Below are positions 13,401-28,194 of a DNA stretch of 64,000 bases, piece after piece. The notes beneath the pieces are model-generated. The model was not told the DNA's origin, made no database searches, and saw nothing but the letters and a program-made list of their open reading frames with translations. Location: the NCBI RefSeq assembly GCF_031769215.1, contig NW_026782359.1:124001-188000 (forward strand). The letters are read 5' to 3'. Positions within the stretch are counted from its first letter, which is position 1. Each line of letters begins with the position of its first letter. This stretch comes from Ylistrum balloti. Taxonomy: Eukaryota. The translations under genes were made by a program, and so were the position numbers.

Positions 13401-16035
13401 TCATACGTGTTTTATAATTATTGTGTATCTAAATTAACTAATACTGACTTCACAATGACAGAATCAAAACATTATATACCCAATAAAAATTATAATTTGA
13501 AACAATGATATGATTTACCGTATTTATGTACGAAGTTGTCCATTTTGAATGCCCTGTTGCTACTTTTGTACTTCAGAGTATGGGATTGTCAATTTTCAAG
13601 TCACGAAAGGTATTATCATTTCCTTTTTACATCTAGTGTGACTGCCAAGACATAAAGGGATACTTGATCCGGTTTTGGTTTTATGTGCATAGCCAGAGCT
13701 GTTTTAACTTAATCTCTGCCCAGTTCTTCAGGCAGGCATCAAACATTTTAATCAACGATTATCATGTAATAAAAAAGATCCGTACTCTTCAGTCGTCCAG
13801 AACAGAATACTATAAACTCCCGTTTTGAACTCTGACCTTCCCTCTTTAGTAGTCAGAGTTTAATAATATGATGTCAGTGATATTGCTGACTTTTTAATTG
13901 TCTCTCCGTAATGTGATTTCCTGAGATCAACATTTTTTTCGGTAAGTGTGATTCTGTCTGTGTGTCCTTACCACCTGGTATATAGCGATTAGTGTCACAT
14001 ACCATTCTACTGACGGAGAATTAACGCCTATCGTGTTTCTTATAGGCGTTGACGGTCTGTTACTTCTTGCCAAGTGTTGAACATTACGATAAATATTTGG
14101 TTACCAAGCTCGACCTTTTATTTGTTAAGATCTTGCTAAATAGCATTGCATTGTTTTAATTTTAAAACGACCCTGCCGAACAAACGGATTGGTTTACCGC
14201 AAAACAAGATAAACAAGATATACCACTGCTCTAGAATTAATCAAACATGGATTTTAAAGAATTCCACAGACCTGGGATCAATCGTGTTCTTTTTTGTTGT
14301 TGTTATGAGCGATATTTTTCCACGACGGGAGGAACAGTGACACAATCAAACTATTTAGGAGTGTATTTCTAAAACGCTGCGCAAAAGATCAAATTTATTG
14401 AAGCTGAAACCTTTTCTTTTTTTAAGTTACAATATTTTTAATGAGCTTTTCACTCTCTCTTGGAAACAAATTTTCAACTCTCTTTGTCGACAAGCAAGAA
14501 TAAATCTAAGACCTTGTGGAGTTGTATAATTTTCATTTGCACAAATATCATACGTTGTGTTTTAGGATGAGTTCCCACTCAGTTTCTTGTAATTTTCTGG
14601 ACCGATAAAGTTATAAACTACACATTAATACCGTATTGATTAAATAACTAGGATAATAGATAGACAATTCAACATTTCTGGGTAGTAGTATGCCCAGGTC
14701 CAAGCTTAGGATATTCACATACACATATCGCATTTCATTTGATATCAAAGGACTATCAAGATTTCCATGTGAGATATCGAAATCTAAAAGACACGATTAA
14801 AGCATTTAATAATGACTTTGGGGATGTTTTAGGGTCGCAAGCACGCTTTCATTTAGAAATAGTTTTATTTCCTTTGTATGAAGTGTTAGATATGTTAGAT
14901 GCTTGTTAGTATGATTGATGACTTCGTCGCTGATAACATTGCTTTCAACTGAGAAGTTTGAATTTATCAAAGTTTACATGGTGGGTGTCGTCGATTTATC
15001 CACTCTTTACCTTCAGCAACACTTGGTCTTATTCCCCGTTTTTAAGAGTCTTCATGAATATCGTTTTTTTCACAAATGGTATGCCGTTAATATTGAGTTT
15101 GAATTACATTGGTATTTTCGTGTTGTTTTTCACAAACTGTTTCACAAATGTTATAGCTTTAATCTTATTTTGAATATTCCTTGGAAATGAGATAGACCTC
15201 CTGTTCACTGACATGCTCTCAACATACATATTTCAGGAGATGAAAAACAGTACTTTCCGACAGACATTAATAAAAGTATTTATTTAGTATTTTTTCCAGT
15301 GATCTTTAGATATCAAAGCAAACATTCTTTCAGCCATTTTGCTTCCATTTCCTTGATTTAGTTGATTTAGTGTTGGAATGGAGGTACCGATGAATGTAAA
15401 CTTTTACTGGTTCTTATTTATCTATTTATTTATTTTACTTTCTGTATTGGTGGTTTGGAAAAGTTCCCAAATAAAGACATTAAAAATTAGCTAAAAACAA
15501 AACTGCAACTGGAAATAGGGGGAAATGTAAACAACGAAAATTTTCAAAATGTCAACCGTTGAAAGTTAAGGTAGATATAGAAAAACATTAAGTTTGTCGG
15601 AAAAAATACATTTTTTTCTTCACACCAGATTATATCTACGTCAAGAAAAGAAACCTCACATTAAGTATGAAGTAGTGACAACATGCCAAAACGAAGAGTT
15701 CCGAGCATTATAACAAAGTTAACATATATTTTCTCTCTTCTGTATAATAGTTCATACACCACAAACCTTATGATGTCCGTGTACTTTACAGCTACAGTCT
15801 GCAGTGTCTACATCTGTCAAAGGAAAAGATGAAATAATCCTAGAGTCTATTATCAGTATTAGGCGCCTACTCATAATGATCCCGCCCAAATTTGGCAATG
15901 TACCAATTGCATATTAATCCGCTTTATGGTGAATTAAATACATGTTTCGTACACTTATTTTTAGTTAGCGATGAACCAATTGCACCAGGCTTTAATTCAG
16001 ACACATATAGTCCATCCTATATATCAAGGAATTTT

Positions 16036-16433
16036 GTTTACAGATTAAAGCAATTAAGTACAAAATCTGTACGACATAACACGTATGGTTTACAGATTAA
16101 AGCAATTAAGTACAAAATCTGTACGACATAACACGTATGGTTTACAGATTAAAGCAATTAAGTACAAAATCTGTACGACATAACACGTATGGTTTACAGA
16201 TTAAAGCAATTAAGTACAAAATCTGTACGACATAACACGTATGTTTACAGATTAAAGCAATTAAGTTTTAATAACGCGTCACAGATTAAAGCAATAAGTA
16301 CAAAAATCATTTAAATCTGTATAACACGGTTTACAGATTAAAGCAATTAAGTACAAAATCTGTACGACATAACACGTATGGTTTACAGATTAAAGCAATT
16401 AAGTACAAAATCTGTACGACATAACACGTATGG
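16036..16433. repeat. 52-bp minisatellite, about 8 copies
   Basis: Unit ggtttacagattaaagcaattaagtacaaaatctgtacgacataacacgtat. Outer copies are perfect or near-perfect; two central copies are degenerate. Confidence 0.95.
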
Positions 16434-17317
16434 TTTTAATATAGTCTAAGATATACTTAATCTATCAGTTATTAATTATGTTAAGTCTTTATCGGAATTA
16501 AAACAAAATGAAATGCTTGCACCTTGAAAAGATTTTAATACTAACATTTTAAAATGAGTACAATTTCTATATCTAGGACAGTGTTATTTCCCGGACACTG
16601 AAATAGACGGTTCAGAGGTCGAAGTTTTTCAAAGAACCTATATATTGGCGTTATCTGATCTTTGCCCGCAGGATTCTCTTTATAACTTAAAGATGAAAAC
16701 ATTTCGGATCCAAAATGATCCAAAAATTATCATGCACGATATGAGATTGACTCGCCAAAATCACTCACAACTTTCTTTCTCTTTCATGGAGGTAGGCCTA
16801 TCAGACGTATTTACGAAGAGGGGCATGTTGTCTTAAGGACTATAGGTTGCTACAAGATGATACAAAATAGACTGTTGTTTGAAAGAAAATGGTAAAAAGC
16901 CATATCACAAAACAAAATCATGATCAGATTCACTGTATTTATATGTAACATTGCTTACATTGTATTTAGATCTGATATCCATTATCAACCATTTTAATGT
17001 ACACTTATCAGTGCTGAACTGAAGTTTGTCTCTTGCTGCAGTATTGGATACATAATGATTTATTAATTTAAATGGATTGATGTTCAGCAGACGTATCTGT
17101 TGGTAAATACTGCATATTCACATTTATAATTTTCACGAAGTACTCTCCAGACAAGTTCATAATCATATGCTTATACAACCATTCATGTATATTTAAAGAG
17201 AAAACCACATAACTAGGGAAACAAGCGTTCCTTCAGTTTGGAATAGGGTCCGGTAGTCAACAGAGTAAAATAATCAAGTGTTCTTATAGAATAAATGTAA
17301 TTGGAAGTAAGATTCGG

Positions 17318-17450
17318 GGTTGACCGAAAACAAATTCCAAAGTTGGTCGAAAACAAAGGTCCAATGTTGGTCGAAAACAAAAGGCCAAGGTTTGTCGAAA
17401 CCAAAGGTCCAAGGTTGGTAGAAAACAAATGTCCAAGGTTGGTCGAAAAC
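17318..17450. repeat. 24-bp minisatellite, about 5.5 copies
   Basis: Unit ttggtcgaaaacaaaggtccaagg; gives the 8-aa periodicity in ORF 17213-17428. Confidence 0.9.
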
Positions 17451-17730
17451 TAGGAAGGTATCTTCTTTATTACGTGATGATTGTTATACTAAAGCATGGT
17501 TAGCTTGTATTACGTATTTGGAAATATGGCATAGTGTGAAGTTAAACGTTCTGAAAACAAGGATAAGATATTCTACGCAAATTGGGTGGTGTCGCAATCT
17601 GGATCATATAATACGTTATAATTGGTTGGGTATACATCTTGAATCCTCCTCCTCCTTATCACTCTTAAATTAACAGCCTTCAAATCATCCTTATATATCT
17701 CAACGATATATCTTTTAAATATTCTTTCTC

Positions 17731-18185
17731 GATCCCTCACCGTCACACCTTTCAAACCTCCTCCTCGTTCCCTGTCGTTACAATATTCAAAACTCCTCCT
17801 CGATCCCTCTCGTTACATCATTCAAATCTCCCTCCTCGAATCTTCACCGTTACACAAATCAACTCCACCTTCTCGATCCTTGTCGTTACATCATTCAAAT
17901 CCTCCACCGCAATACCTCACCGTGACATCCATCAACTCCACTTCCTCGTTCCCTGTCGTTACGTCATTTATATCTCCCTCCTCGTTCCCTGTCGTTACGT
18001 CATTTAAATATCTCTCCTCGATCCCTGTCCTTACATCATTCAAATGCCCCTCCTCGATCCCTGTTGTTACGTCATTCAAATCTCCCTCCTCGATCCCTGT
18101 CGTTACGTCATTCAAATCTCATTCCTCGATCCCTGTCTTTACATCATTCAAATCTCCCTCCTCGATTCCTCACCGTCACATCCTT
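17731..18185. repeat. 35-37-bp minisatellite, about 13 copies, two unit subtypes
   Basis: Consensus gatccctgtcgttacgtcattcaaatctccctcctc, with variant units carrying caccgt in place of gtcgtt. Confidence 0.92.
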
Positions 18186-21100
18186 CTAATACTCAAAGCT
18201 TTTACCGTTACACCCTACAAAACCATCTTCCCATTTACACTGATCAAACCTTCTTTTGACCTTTTCATCCTTGTGATGATTAATACTACTCTATGGTCAG
18301 TGTATCTTTAATATACTGAATATAGGGTTAACAAATAAGTACCCAGCGCTCGACATTACAAAGAAAAACATGTTTTAACAATTTTGTGAAACATATAAGG
18401 GATCAAACGTAGCATGACTCGCTTTCGTAACAGTTATTTCTATTCTGATTTATAGCTAAGGTTACTGAAAATAGAATTCCTATTTCTAGTTCTGTTATCG
18501 TTAAATCTCTTTGAAATATACACGGATTTGTAGCAACAAAGACAAATTAATAGAGGCTTGAAGGTGTATCAAATTATTCATTTAGTACAAATACACTGAA
18601 AGCGATATTAAATATATCATATGACCTAACTGTTCTGGAGTATTAGTTTAATGTACATTTCGTTATGTTAAACTTGGGCCACTTTCATTTTTATATAAAA
18701 ATCTGGTTTACATAAACAAACTAGAATTGACTTTGCCAATATTGAGTTGATACTCGCTCTATTGAACGTGAGGCAAGTAAAAAACAGGCTTCGAAATTCA
18801 CGTGACTTGTTACGGAATACATTGGAAGGTAATATTGATACGGGGCATGACAAATCCAACAAAGGTAAAACGCATGCCCTATGTTACAGGAAACTACTAG
18901 GTCACAGATTCTCATCTGCAAGGGCGTTTCAGGATAAGCTTTAAAAGATAACATTTTGACTTTGCCATTCGACCTATTATTCCATCCTCTTTGAATTTCT
19001 TTTATCTTTTCCATTCTAACGTATAGAATGTCAAATGTAGACAGTATACTTAAATCAAAAGGGGTAATATCTGGTGTCGTTTTAATCTGAAATCATCGTT
19101 AATTGCTTTCGTCTTTGTGACCTCATAGGTCAAGTGTTAAGTGAATATAATTGCAATTACCAGAAAACCTACCTCGTAAAGACAGCCACAACTTCAAAGG
19201 GCATTACTAAGTAAATTTTCCTAATGCAGCCAAATCGATCCCACCCAATATCAACCGCTGTTCAAGAGACTCCTTGGCACAAATGTGCCCTTATCAACAC
19301 CTCGATCCAAACGATAAGTTGTCATAGGCCTTAACGTATTCAAGTTAACTGTAGTGATTACTCGATTACTCTGAAATCGATAGGTTGTTTCAAATTTATC
19401 ATTGTCTTTTGATTTGTATTTTTTCTTTGGCCTAAAGAATGAAGAAGAACTGGAATATGTGCTTAAATGTAATAATTAAGACATTAATTCGTCAATAAAT
19501 TCAGCTGATAATTTATTTACCTGAACGCCTTAATTTAAAAGGCGATAATACGATACAAAATAACGACCCAGATTGTATAATTAATTACAACTATCGATCA
19601 TTCCCAATACTTCAATAATATCAATGTATAGTTTAACTTTGACCTACTTTGTACCTTTACGTAAAGAACACCCATTTAACCGGTATAGTATCTTAAGTAG
19701 CATTCCGATCCCAGAGACTTCTCTGTATGTTTGAATTACTGCTAATGTGCCAAGGGTATACTGTTTCTGATGGTACGTGACCTTTTATGTATACGAATTG
19801 TTAGTAGGCTTATACGGAGGCTAATAGATGTCCGCTTGCTATATGACGAGTTAAAACCGTTTTTAAATAGTATATAGGTCTTTAGCATGCTATGTTTTTC
19901 CCTTAAAGGACGAACATTATTGAAAGATACTAATTATTTAGGATGACGTACCGCTGTCGGTGTTCTTAATCATGGTACTCTGCAATTAGGTAAACGATTG
20001 CATTTAGCGTGGAAGCTTTTTTAATATAAAATAGTTCTTTGTTCAGCATGAATTGCTAACAGATGCAGTGTAATAAACTTTATTAAAAGAGCTAATTATT
20101 AAAAGGTTTCAGAATTTCAGCATTTAGATAACGAATAACTTCAGCTTCAAACATAGTGGTACAAATTTGGATGAAGAAAATATTGACTAGGACTTAATGC
20201 ATTTCAATCTTGTCTTAGTAATGTTCTCGAAAGAATCATCTCGTCAAAATCAAAATATTTAATTGCAGTGTTTGTCGAGAAATGACAGATAAACGCACAG
20301 CACAAGATTTGAGACTCCCAGGCTGGTGAAGAGTATGATCTCCTTGTGCGATATTACCCTGCAGGGTGTTGGAACCTGCTACATAACTGCTAACCCCATT
20401 GCACGATTCGTAAGAGGCAACTTTTTAGGACTTGAATTTCTTTCTAAACAACTATCTTACTACCCATTGCCTCATTTCTGACCTTTAGTTAATTTTCCCC
20501 TTGTAATGAAAGGTTAAGGTTCTGTTTCCTCGGTGAGACATACCTGAATCTTTAAACATGATTGTTCCCATTTAACACCAAGATTGTGGTAATGTAATGT
20601 TTGTCCTTCAGCACCTTACTACTGGCTATCTTGATACTTATTTGTAGGATTTTAAAACAATATCGGACGTGTTCGGTACTACTTAGTTACCAGGTAGTTT
20701 CATTTTAATCTCTATAGAGAATGTGACATTACTTAATAGGTTTGAGTTACATGGCCTACCCTACAATCGTTTTTCCTCTTCTTTGTAGGGTCTCCATGTT
20801 ACAATTGTGTTTTAATATTAATTTGAGTTTGAATGAAAATGTTCTTGACATGTGTTTTTCCTTTTACTGATTGTTTTATGGCGAATTTGAGTGTTTTCTT
20901 GGTTATACATATTTTATTTTCATGAAAAGGATAAGACGAAATAAGATGTGAATATCGATGTATGTTCCAGTTCTTTTTTACTTTTATTTACCATAGTATT
21001 ACGTATAATTGCTTAATTCAATTGAATTTGATTTATCTTAAAATTTAAAATTTAAATACAGACTTGAAATACGTAACGGAAATTAAAGTTCCTCCTAAGC

Positions 21101-23188
21101 TTTATCATTTAGAGCTTGTATTGCTCACAAGTCCAGAAGGACGATACAGCTTAATTTATGTTTTGGCTAATTCCAAATTTGTATCAAGTCTTCAAAGTAC
21201 TGATATTTGCCTGATAATCCATTTCGTGTTATCCAAAGTGACCGTGAATGTAGCGAAATTGAATTGAATATTTAACAAATATAGCAGAGAGAGATTACAA
21301 GTACATATGAACTACACGCTATCTGTTATCGATGAAATTGGTTGAGGTTAGTGCTGTTACCGTGGTGTGAAATAATCATTAAGTGATGCGGGACATGTAT
21401 GAGGTCGAGCATCAAGACAAACACTTGGGTTTGGAACTTATGCTGAAGTTTTGGATGCCAAATCGACAATGGTGTCCGCCCTGATGGGAGAGCAGCCAAT
21501 TTAATCTTAAACTGAACTTTAATTAATTTACAATAAAACTTTCCTATCTGTTATAAGTTTTCTTTGAGGAGGATATTAAATGTTTTAAAATGCATTTACA
21601 ACTCGATTCATACCATTATAGGACTAATAACCAAAAAATTGGTGGAATTATCACGGACGAGAAACACAAAAACACAATATGATGAAAGTTTTATTCAATT
21701 TTGGCCATACCGTACATTTAGTTTCAATATTATATTGTAAGACACCTTTTCACTTGTTTCTCACAAAGTTCATTGTAGTACCATTGAACAAGTTCCACAC
21801 AGCATTCTAGAATATATTCACAAATATTCCGAGGTGATAAAAGAACATTTCACGCATCAACAGTTCTCCTGGTCTGTTAGATGATAAGATGAATTGCTGG
21901 TAATCGACGATGCGATAGTCCAGAATGATACTCCGTATTATCTACCATGCGATTGGCTTTGCGTAACTATTTTATCCAGGTAGGTGCTATAGGTTATCTA
22001 AGGTGATACTGGAAAACGTTCTGCATTCCACTAAGAGACAAAGATACTCTCTCCTCGCTTTCTATAGCAGAGAACACCTATAAATGCTATTAGGCTAATC
22101 AGTTGTTAGTTAAAATATACCAGAACATTGCATTCAACAGTTAAAACATTTCAATTGAACGTGAAATCCAATCAATAGTTCTGTCTGGTCAGGATCGTGA
22201 AAGCAGCAAACGCAAGCAGCCGATAAACCGCACCACGTAGATATCAAAGGGCTGTGGTTACACGGATATGTTGTAGTATTTCCTGTAATCTGCCTCCTGG
22301 AACCGGTGTTCCGCTTTAACTGTCAATTAACATACAAGGCTGCACGTTCACATCTACTTATAGATGAAATATCAAGAGCTGGTTAAAAAGAGATTCCGAA
22401 TGGCATCATTCATGACAATATTATCACTGGAATTTCCTCAGTGCAGCACTTCAAACAGTATCTTTGTAATATTTCTAATCATAAAAATACCTGACAAGAA
22501 AACAACAAAATATACACATGAAGAAAATGACGAACAATCTTAAATTGTGAAACGTCTTCCTGTGTTACAAGTGTTGCAATGCCATTAACATGGAATAGAT
22601 AATGTTTTACATAATGTACGATTCTGCTCAAATATCATCGGACAAGTACAAGACAAAAGGTTCCTGAAGGGAAGGTGTTTTTTCCTTCTTGAAAACTGGT
22701 GTTTGTTCGTTTGAAGTCGTCGTGTTATCAATGACGCAGTGACGACTAAATCATGTGAAACACAAAAGTATATCATTTGAAAAAACGTGGCTGTGTTTGC
22801 TATGAACGCAACGTATAAGAAAATTGCTGCTGAAGTCATTACAAAGGTATATGAAAGACCCAAGTATTAAGGTGGGAAAGGAAAGAAGCAGTAAAATCTT
22901 CATCTGTTTAACTGGAAAAGCCTCAGAATAACCATAGCACCCTTCCCCTTGTTCTCCACCCCCATCGGTTGTCAAGCTTATCGTTATACCATCTGACAGA
23001 GTGAAGTGAAGTGAAATTACAGTGGGAGACACCCCACTTCACTTTCCTCCTGTGATCAGTTGAAAAAAAGAACAGAAAAATCACATTTTGTTTTGCTATG
23101 AAAAAAATGATTTCAAGCCTCCCTGTGTTCGAAAAAAAAACCCAACCTAATTAGTCTTCATGTGTTATGTACCTGTTTCCTAGTGATG

Positions 23189-23190
<2 letters not shown>

Positions 23191-23246
<56 letters not shown>
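23191..23246. repeat. Compound microsatellite (AC)19(AT)9
   Basis: Read directly from the sequence. Confidence 0.95.
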
Positions 23247-25833
23247 TTATGACGGTTTGGAATGTCACATCATTTCGTTTTTGTAACATATTGTTCGATT
23301 GTACACTTCTCTGGTAATAAGGATGTACTAATCCTGAGGGCAGCTGGCACTCGAGCCAGATTTCTATTTCAGCATAATTAATGTTGTTTCAGGTAAATCG
23401 TAGATTTTGTTGACGTCACTTTCTACATACACATTCTGTAATATACAACGTTATGTATAGTGTACAAGTAAATTGCCGGTTTAAATCCCGAAAACATGAG
23501 ATTTTCCCGCTAATTTGAAAGTACGTCATTCAGGGAAGCTATATGCCATTACTATACACCATTAACTGTGTTTACGTCACTGCTGTAGGTAGCCAGGAAG
23601 CTATTTGCTTACAAATTATATATATATATAAATATAATTTTATCAAATCACTGTCCCCTATAGTATCAATTAAATCTAACGAAACAGACACTTAAAATAA
23701 ATCTAACGATCAAGAATCACACATCAGTATTTATGGTGAATACCCTTGCTGAGAGAGATTTCCTCACCATCGCTATTCACATGTATATTTAAATGTTGAA
23801 CTGTGATCCGATTGAAAGGTTAATCTAAAATGAGTTATATCCACCTTCTATGTCCTTCCTCCCACCATGACCTTGCTGATGAAGATAGTATGTTCATGGT
23901 TGTATGAAGACCAATTCCATCCTTATCTCTGTGACCACGATAAGACAATGTTTGGTGGAGTTTTCTCTCGACGTTCGCCCTATCGGCGGTACTGATTACT
24001 AGATTTTGGCGATAGTGCACGCTCATAAAGGAACCACACACGAGTTTTTTTCGTTCTTGATTTAACAAATCACACAAATAGTCAATGATAGGTATCTTTC
24101 AATGTTTTTCACTCTGATTATTTGGACGATACCGCGCCACTGTCGACTATTATCACCACACACCTATGTGTTATCCTCCGTCCAATTAAGTCAAATTAGC
24201 ACGCTATGTTAGGTCAATGTACCCATAACCTTGTTGGTTACTGTTAATCCCCAGCGTATTTAGTGAAGGAAATTTCAACTTATTTTGTGATGCACCTCTA
24301 TGTTTATCATGCTGTCCAATGGAATCAGAGATAGTTAGTATTGACTGGGAATGTACGCGCAGTCGTTTCTAAAAAAAGGTTTGTTACGATATAGATCATG
24401 AAAAAAGCAAAATGTAAACTACATGTAAAACATCATCACATATACACACCAAAAATATATAACAAATAGAAAAGGAAAAGAATACAGCACAAACACATGA
24501 AATTATATATTTCCGAAAAACTCTGATGGAGAGAGAATAAATTTTGACTACCTCATCTCCAAGGGAGATTAAACCAGAAGAAGCACAAGCTTAACAGACT
24601 GAAATATAAAGAAAAGAAAACATCATCAACGCCAAACAAGAGGCCCAGAAGTGCTGATGTCAAAAAAAAAAAAAAAAAAAAATTCTGAAAATTTGGTTTA
24701 TTTTGTTTAAAATCATTACAGTGTGATATGCAATATGAAAAGTTGTTTCTTAGCCTATGACAACACCGGAAGATATCTTCATTCTGAAAATAAAAATCAT
24801 ACTGTCATATAGGGCTCATGAATAAAAGATCAAATCATTGTTGTACATGTACATATAGCTAGGTTGAACATCCATATCGTTGTATTGCTATGTCATGACT
24901 ATAGGCCAAATAAAACCATCGTGGTGAATTAGTCTAGCCATAAACAAAATGATAAGTGTGTTTAACATTTTTCCTTGTGTAAAACATTTTATCGCTGATA
25001 TGGATCTTCAAACTTTTACTGTTACTGATAAAAACTAGAGAGACGAATCAATGTGAACATTTTACACAGCCGTCGACCTATTTTTCCGTGGTGTGACTTA
25101 TAATGTAGCGCTTATCTCCATTACCAGATACGATTATCTAAATTTTTTAATTACAAAACAGTTGCTTGCAAGTAAAGGATAAAGTGTGTATGGACTTCCG
25201 GTAGACTTTCAGCCGTTCTATCCCTAACCTGTCATACGGTACACATCGTTCCCATACTCTCTGCCAGATCTACGCCCTAAGTTCAGAAAAAAGTTCTAGT
25301 CAAATCGACCTTTTTCCAGCGATAATCACCCCTAAGTGACATTCTAATTCATCTGAACACTAACAAAACACATCAAGTCGTTTGAGCTTTGTCTCATGTA
25401 AATTGCATGAAAGATATATGCTTCTATAAGGATTTCTGATGTAGTACATTCGTTCAGAGAATGTACCGGTTATCGTATCTAACATTAAGTTAAATCAATG
25501 CCTTTCTATATGTTAAATGACGTTAATATGTAGGAAAATTCAAAGAGAACGGAGATATTGGCTTCATGACTGGTAGGTCGACTAGACAAAAAATCAGAAA
25601 GGAAAAAAATGTTTTTAAAACTTTACAATGACCCAATTCTAAAAGGATAGAAATTCAGAATTCATTATATAATGAGGATATCTTTCCGCATCGTTAGATT
25701 AAATATCAAAAAAGCCAATGGCTAATTCTTCTGTGTTTACTTTTTGGCACATTGTATATATACAATATAATTATATATATAAACGTTCTCATTTTTAGAA
25801 TGGAGTAGTTAATGTGGTTGTCCTAGTATTTAC

Positions 25834-26063
25834 TTACGGCACCTCACAGACGAAGTTGTACAGGTTTTCACAGTTGTTGTCGTTCCATTGGAAATTACCG
25901 GAAAAATCAAACTCCAAGCAGTTTTCATTTCCATCAGCATTGTTAGGCTCCCTAGGTGCGAAGTTTTTATAAGACATAAATGAGTTATCGCTCGACCACA
26001 TCCATTCTCCTTCTGTCAAGAGATCAGAGGCTCCAAGCCAGAAAATGCCAGGCTTGTAAGAAG
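25834..26063 (-). CDS. CTL-1 (perlucin-like C-type lectin) exon 4 of 4; full CDS complement(join(25834..26063,28195..28288,32893..32981,34113..34176)), 158 aa
   Basis: Acceptor ttctatttcccag|, phase 1. Encodes SYKPGIFWLGASDLLTEGEWMW...EPNNADGNENCLE...WNDNNCENLYNFVCEVP*, with WLG, EPN, WND and FVCE motifs. Confidence 0.93.
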
Positions 26064-26129
26064 CTGGGAAATAGAAAATAATACATGGACGATTACTTTG
26101 TCACATCGAAGAAGTGTTAACGCTTCAAT

Positions 26130-26890
26130 CATACACTCAGTGTGGTGTTTCTGATAAAGATATTAATTTGGGTGTTTCTTATTGCGCAATCGGTATGATG
26201 TTTCTGATAGAGACACTACGTGTAGTATTTCTGATAGAGACACTCATTGTGGTATTTCTGATAGACATTCATTTGGGTGTTTCTAAAGGAGACACTCAGT
26301 GTGCTGTTTCTAATAGTGACATTCAGTGTGCTGTTTCTGATAGAGACACTATGTGTAGTGTTTCTGATTGAGACACTCATTGTGGAGTTTCTTATAGAGA
26401 TAATCATTGTGGTGTTTCTAAAAGAGACACTCCGTGTACTGTTTCTGAAACAAACACTCAGCGTAGTGTTCTGATATACAGTAATTGAGGTGTTTGTAAT
26501 AGACACTCAGTGTGGTGTTTCTGATACAAACACTTCGCGTTGTGCCTCAAATGGTGAATGTTGTATTTCTAATAGTGATACACAGTATAGTGATTTTGAT
26601 AGAGACACTCTGTGTTGTGTTTCTCATGGAGACACTAAGTGTGGTGTTTCTGATAGAGATATTCGATTTTGTATTACCAATAGACATTTTTTGTTGCGAA
26701 CCTGGTAGTTTTGTGTTTCTCTGATGAAGGCGCTCAGTGCCGTGTTTCTAACAGACACACTCGGTGTGTTATTTCTGATAGAGACAATCAGTGTATTGAT
26801 TATAATGGAGACACTCAGTGTGGTGTTTTTTTTATAGAGACACACGGTGGAGTGATTCTGATAGTAACAATCAGTGTGGTGTTTCATAGC
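26130..26890. repeat. 27-bp degenerate minisatellite, about 28 copies, in CTL-1 intron 3
   Basis: Consensus gatagagacactcagtgtggtgtttct; explains the overlapping 9-aa-periodic ORFs at 26114-26941. Confidence 0.92.
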
Positions 26891-28194
26891 TCTACGATAT
26901 TCTGATATACAACGCGATGCAGATATCAGCAGAGACTTCAAATGGTATATTTAACAAGCTATAAGGAATTACCAAAACACTTGTTCCAATACCGATACTT
27001 TATTTGTCTAGCGATATCAAGATGCCCAAAACACTCCTTATTTTCTTAGTTTACTTAAGCATTTGAAAATCTTATCTTTTTCTCGAAAGTTGACAATCTC
27101 GAATGAAGATTCTTGCACCGTTATCCCTGGTTTTAGCACAGAGTGCAACAAACCCTAACCAGAATATCTATAGACCCAACGTACTTGAAATCTAATTGAA
27201 TCAACATTTTTGAGAGAATCAGTTTTTTTTTTTTTTTTTTTTGCTAAATCTAAAATAGACTAAATTAAAGATTAGATTAAGCAATATCGTGTTATAATTA
27301 GCCATTTAGAAAATCCGTAAAAGACAGTTCAAGAATGGGAAGAATTTGTCAATGAGGAACACCTACGTTCATATTATAAATTTGACTTGTTATGCAAGTG
27401 TCAAATGTTAAACGATTTTGGCACATTTTCAAAATGAACCACGGCTACTGTAACAGGTACATTAATGTTATCTCTTTAGCATTGACGAGAATGATACCGA
27501 GATACCGCATTATGTACGCTACACTAACACAAGCAATAGAAGCAGACAAACATAATCTATAAATTATGCCTTTTTTGCATGTCAATCTTTCTAGAACCTG
27601 CCTCAGCTTACATATCAACTGATATTTATCTCCCCATTTAATATAAAGTGTTTATTCATATGATGCTTAGGTGGAAATATAATTTTTCACACCTGGTCTT
27701 TAAAAGCTGAAATATGCCTCCACACATTATTTTTTATTAAATGATGGAACAGTTCGTATGATATATGTGCATGACAGTGATATATTGTTTTTGTTCAATA
27801 TGGAGCAGTAAAACAGAAGATGACCTTTTAACCTTCTAGTTGATATATAATACAGGAATGTAGAACAGAGAAGATAACATTACAGATGATCACACAAATG
27901 CGACCCGTGAACATTTCGTTATTTAGATCATCTTGCAACTACACGGATAACTTCCGGTTGTTACAAAGGGTTCCAGTGACAGGGAGGTGTGGTCCGATGG
28001 CAGGTGAACGACAGCAATATGTAACCTCTAAGTAATTTTATGAATTGCTACTTGATTCGAAAATGAAAAAATAAATCACTTCGTGACTCTCGGTGATCGA
28101 TTTTCCCGTTTAAGTATAAAAAAAAATAAAAATGTTCAAAATACTAGGTCTTCTCGTATAATTACTGAGTCTCTAAACACTAGTATGCACTTAC

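Noticed and set aside
14021-14052. 9-11-bp hairpin aacgcctat/ataggcgtt as a Helitron 3' end
   Set aside because: No CTRR terminus follows and no other element features are seen.
17880-18311. Mucin-like 143-aa ORF and the antisense acidic ORF
   Set aside because: Products of the 36-bp repeat; neighbouring 35/37-bp units break the frame and one unit has a TGA in the acidic frame.
21700-23040. Hydrophobic ORFs 22585-22863 and 22751-23032 and nearby segments as a decayed GPCR or TE gene
   Set aside because: No diagnostic motif holds up (an MPFGIS match is isolated); many stops; strand ambiguous.
16036-26890. Tandem arrays as CRISPR loci
   Set aside because: Units are contiguous with no unique spacers, there are no cas genes, and the context is eukaryotic.
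26114-26941. Seven overlapping ORFs
   Set aside because: All are translations of the intronic 27-bp repeat.
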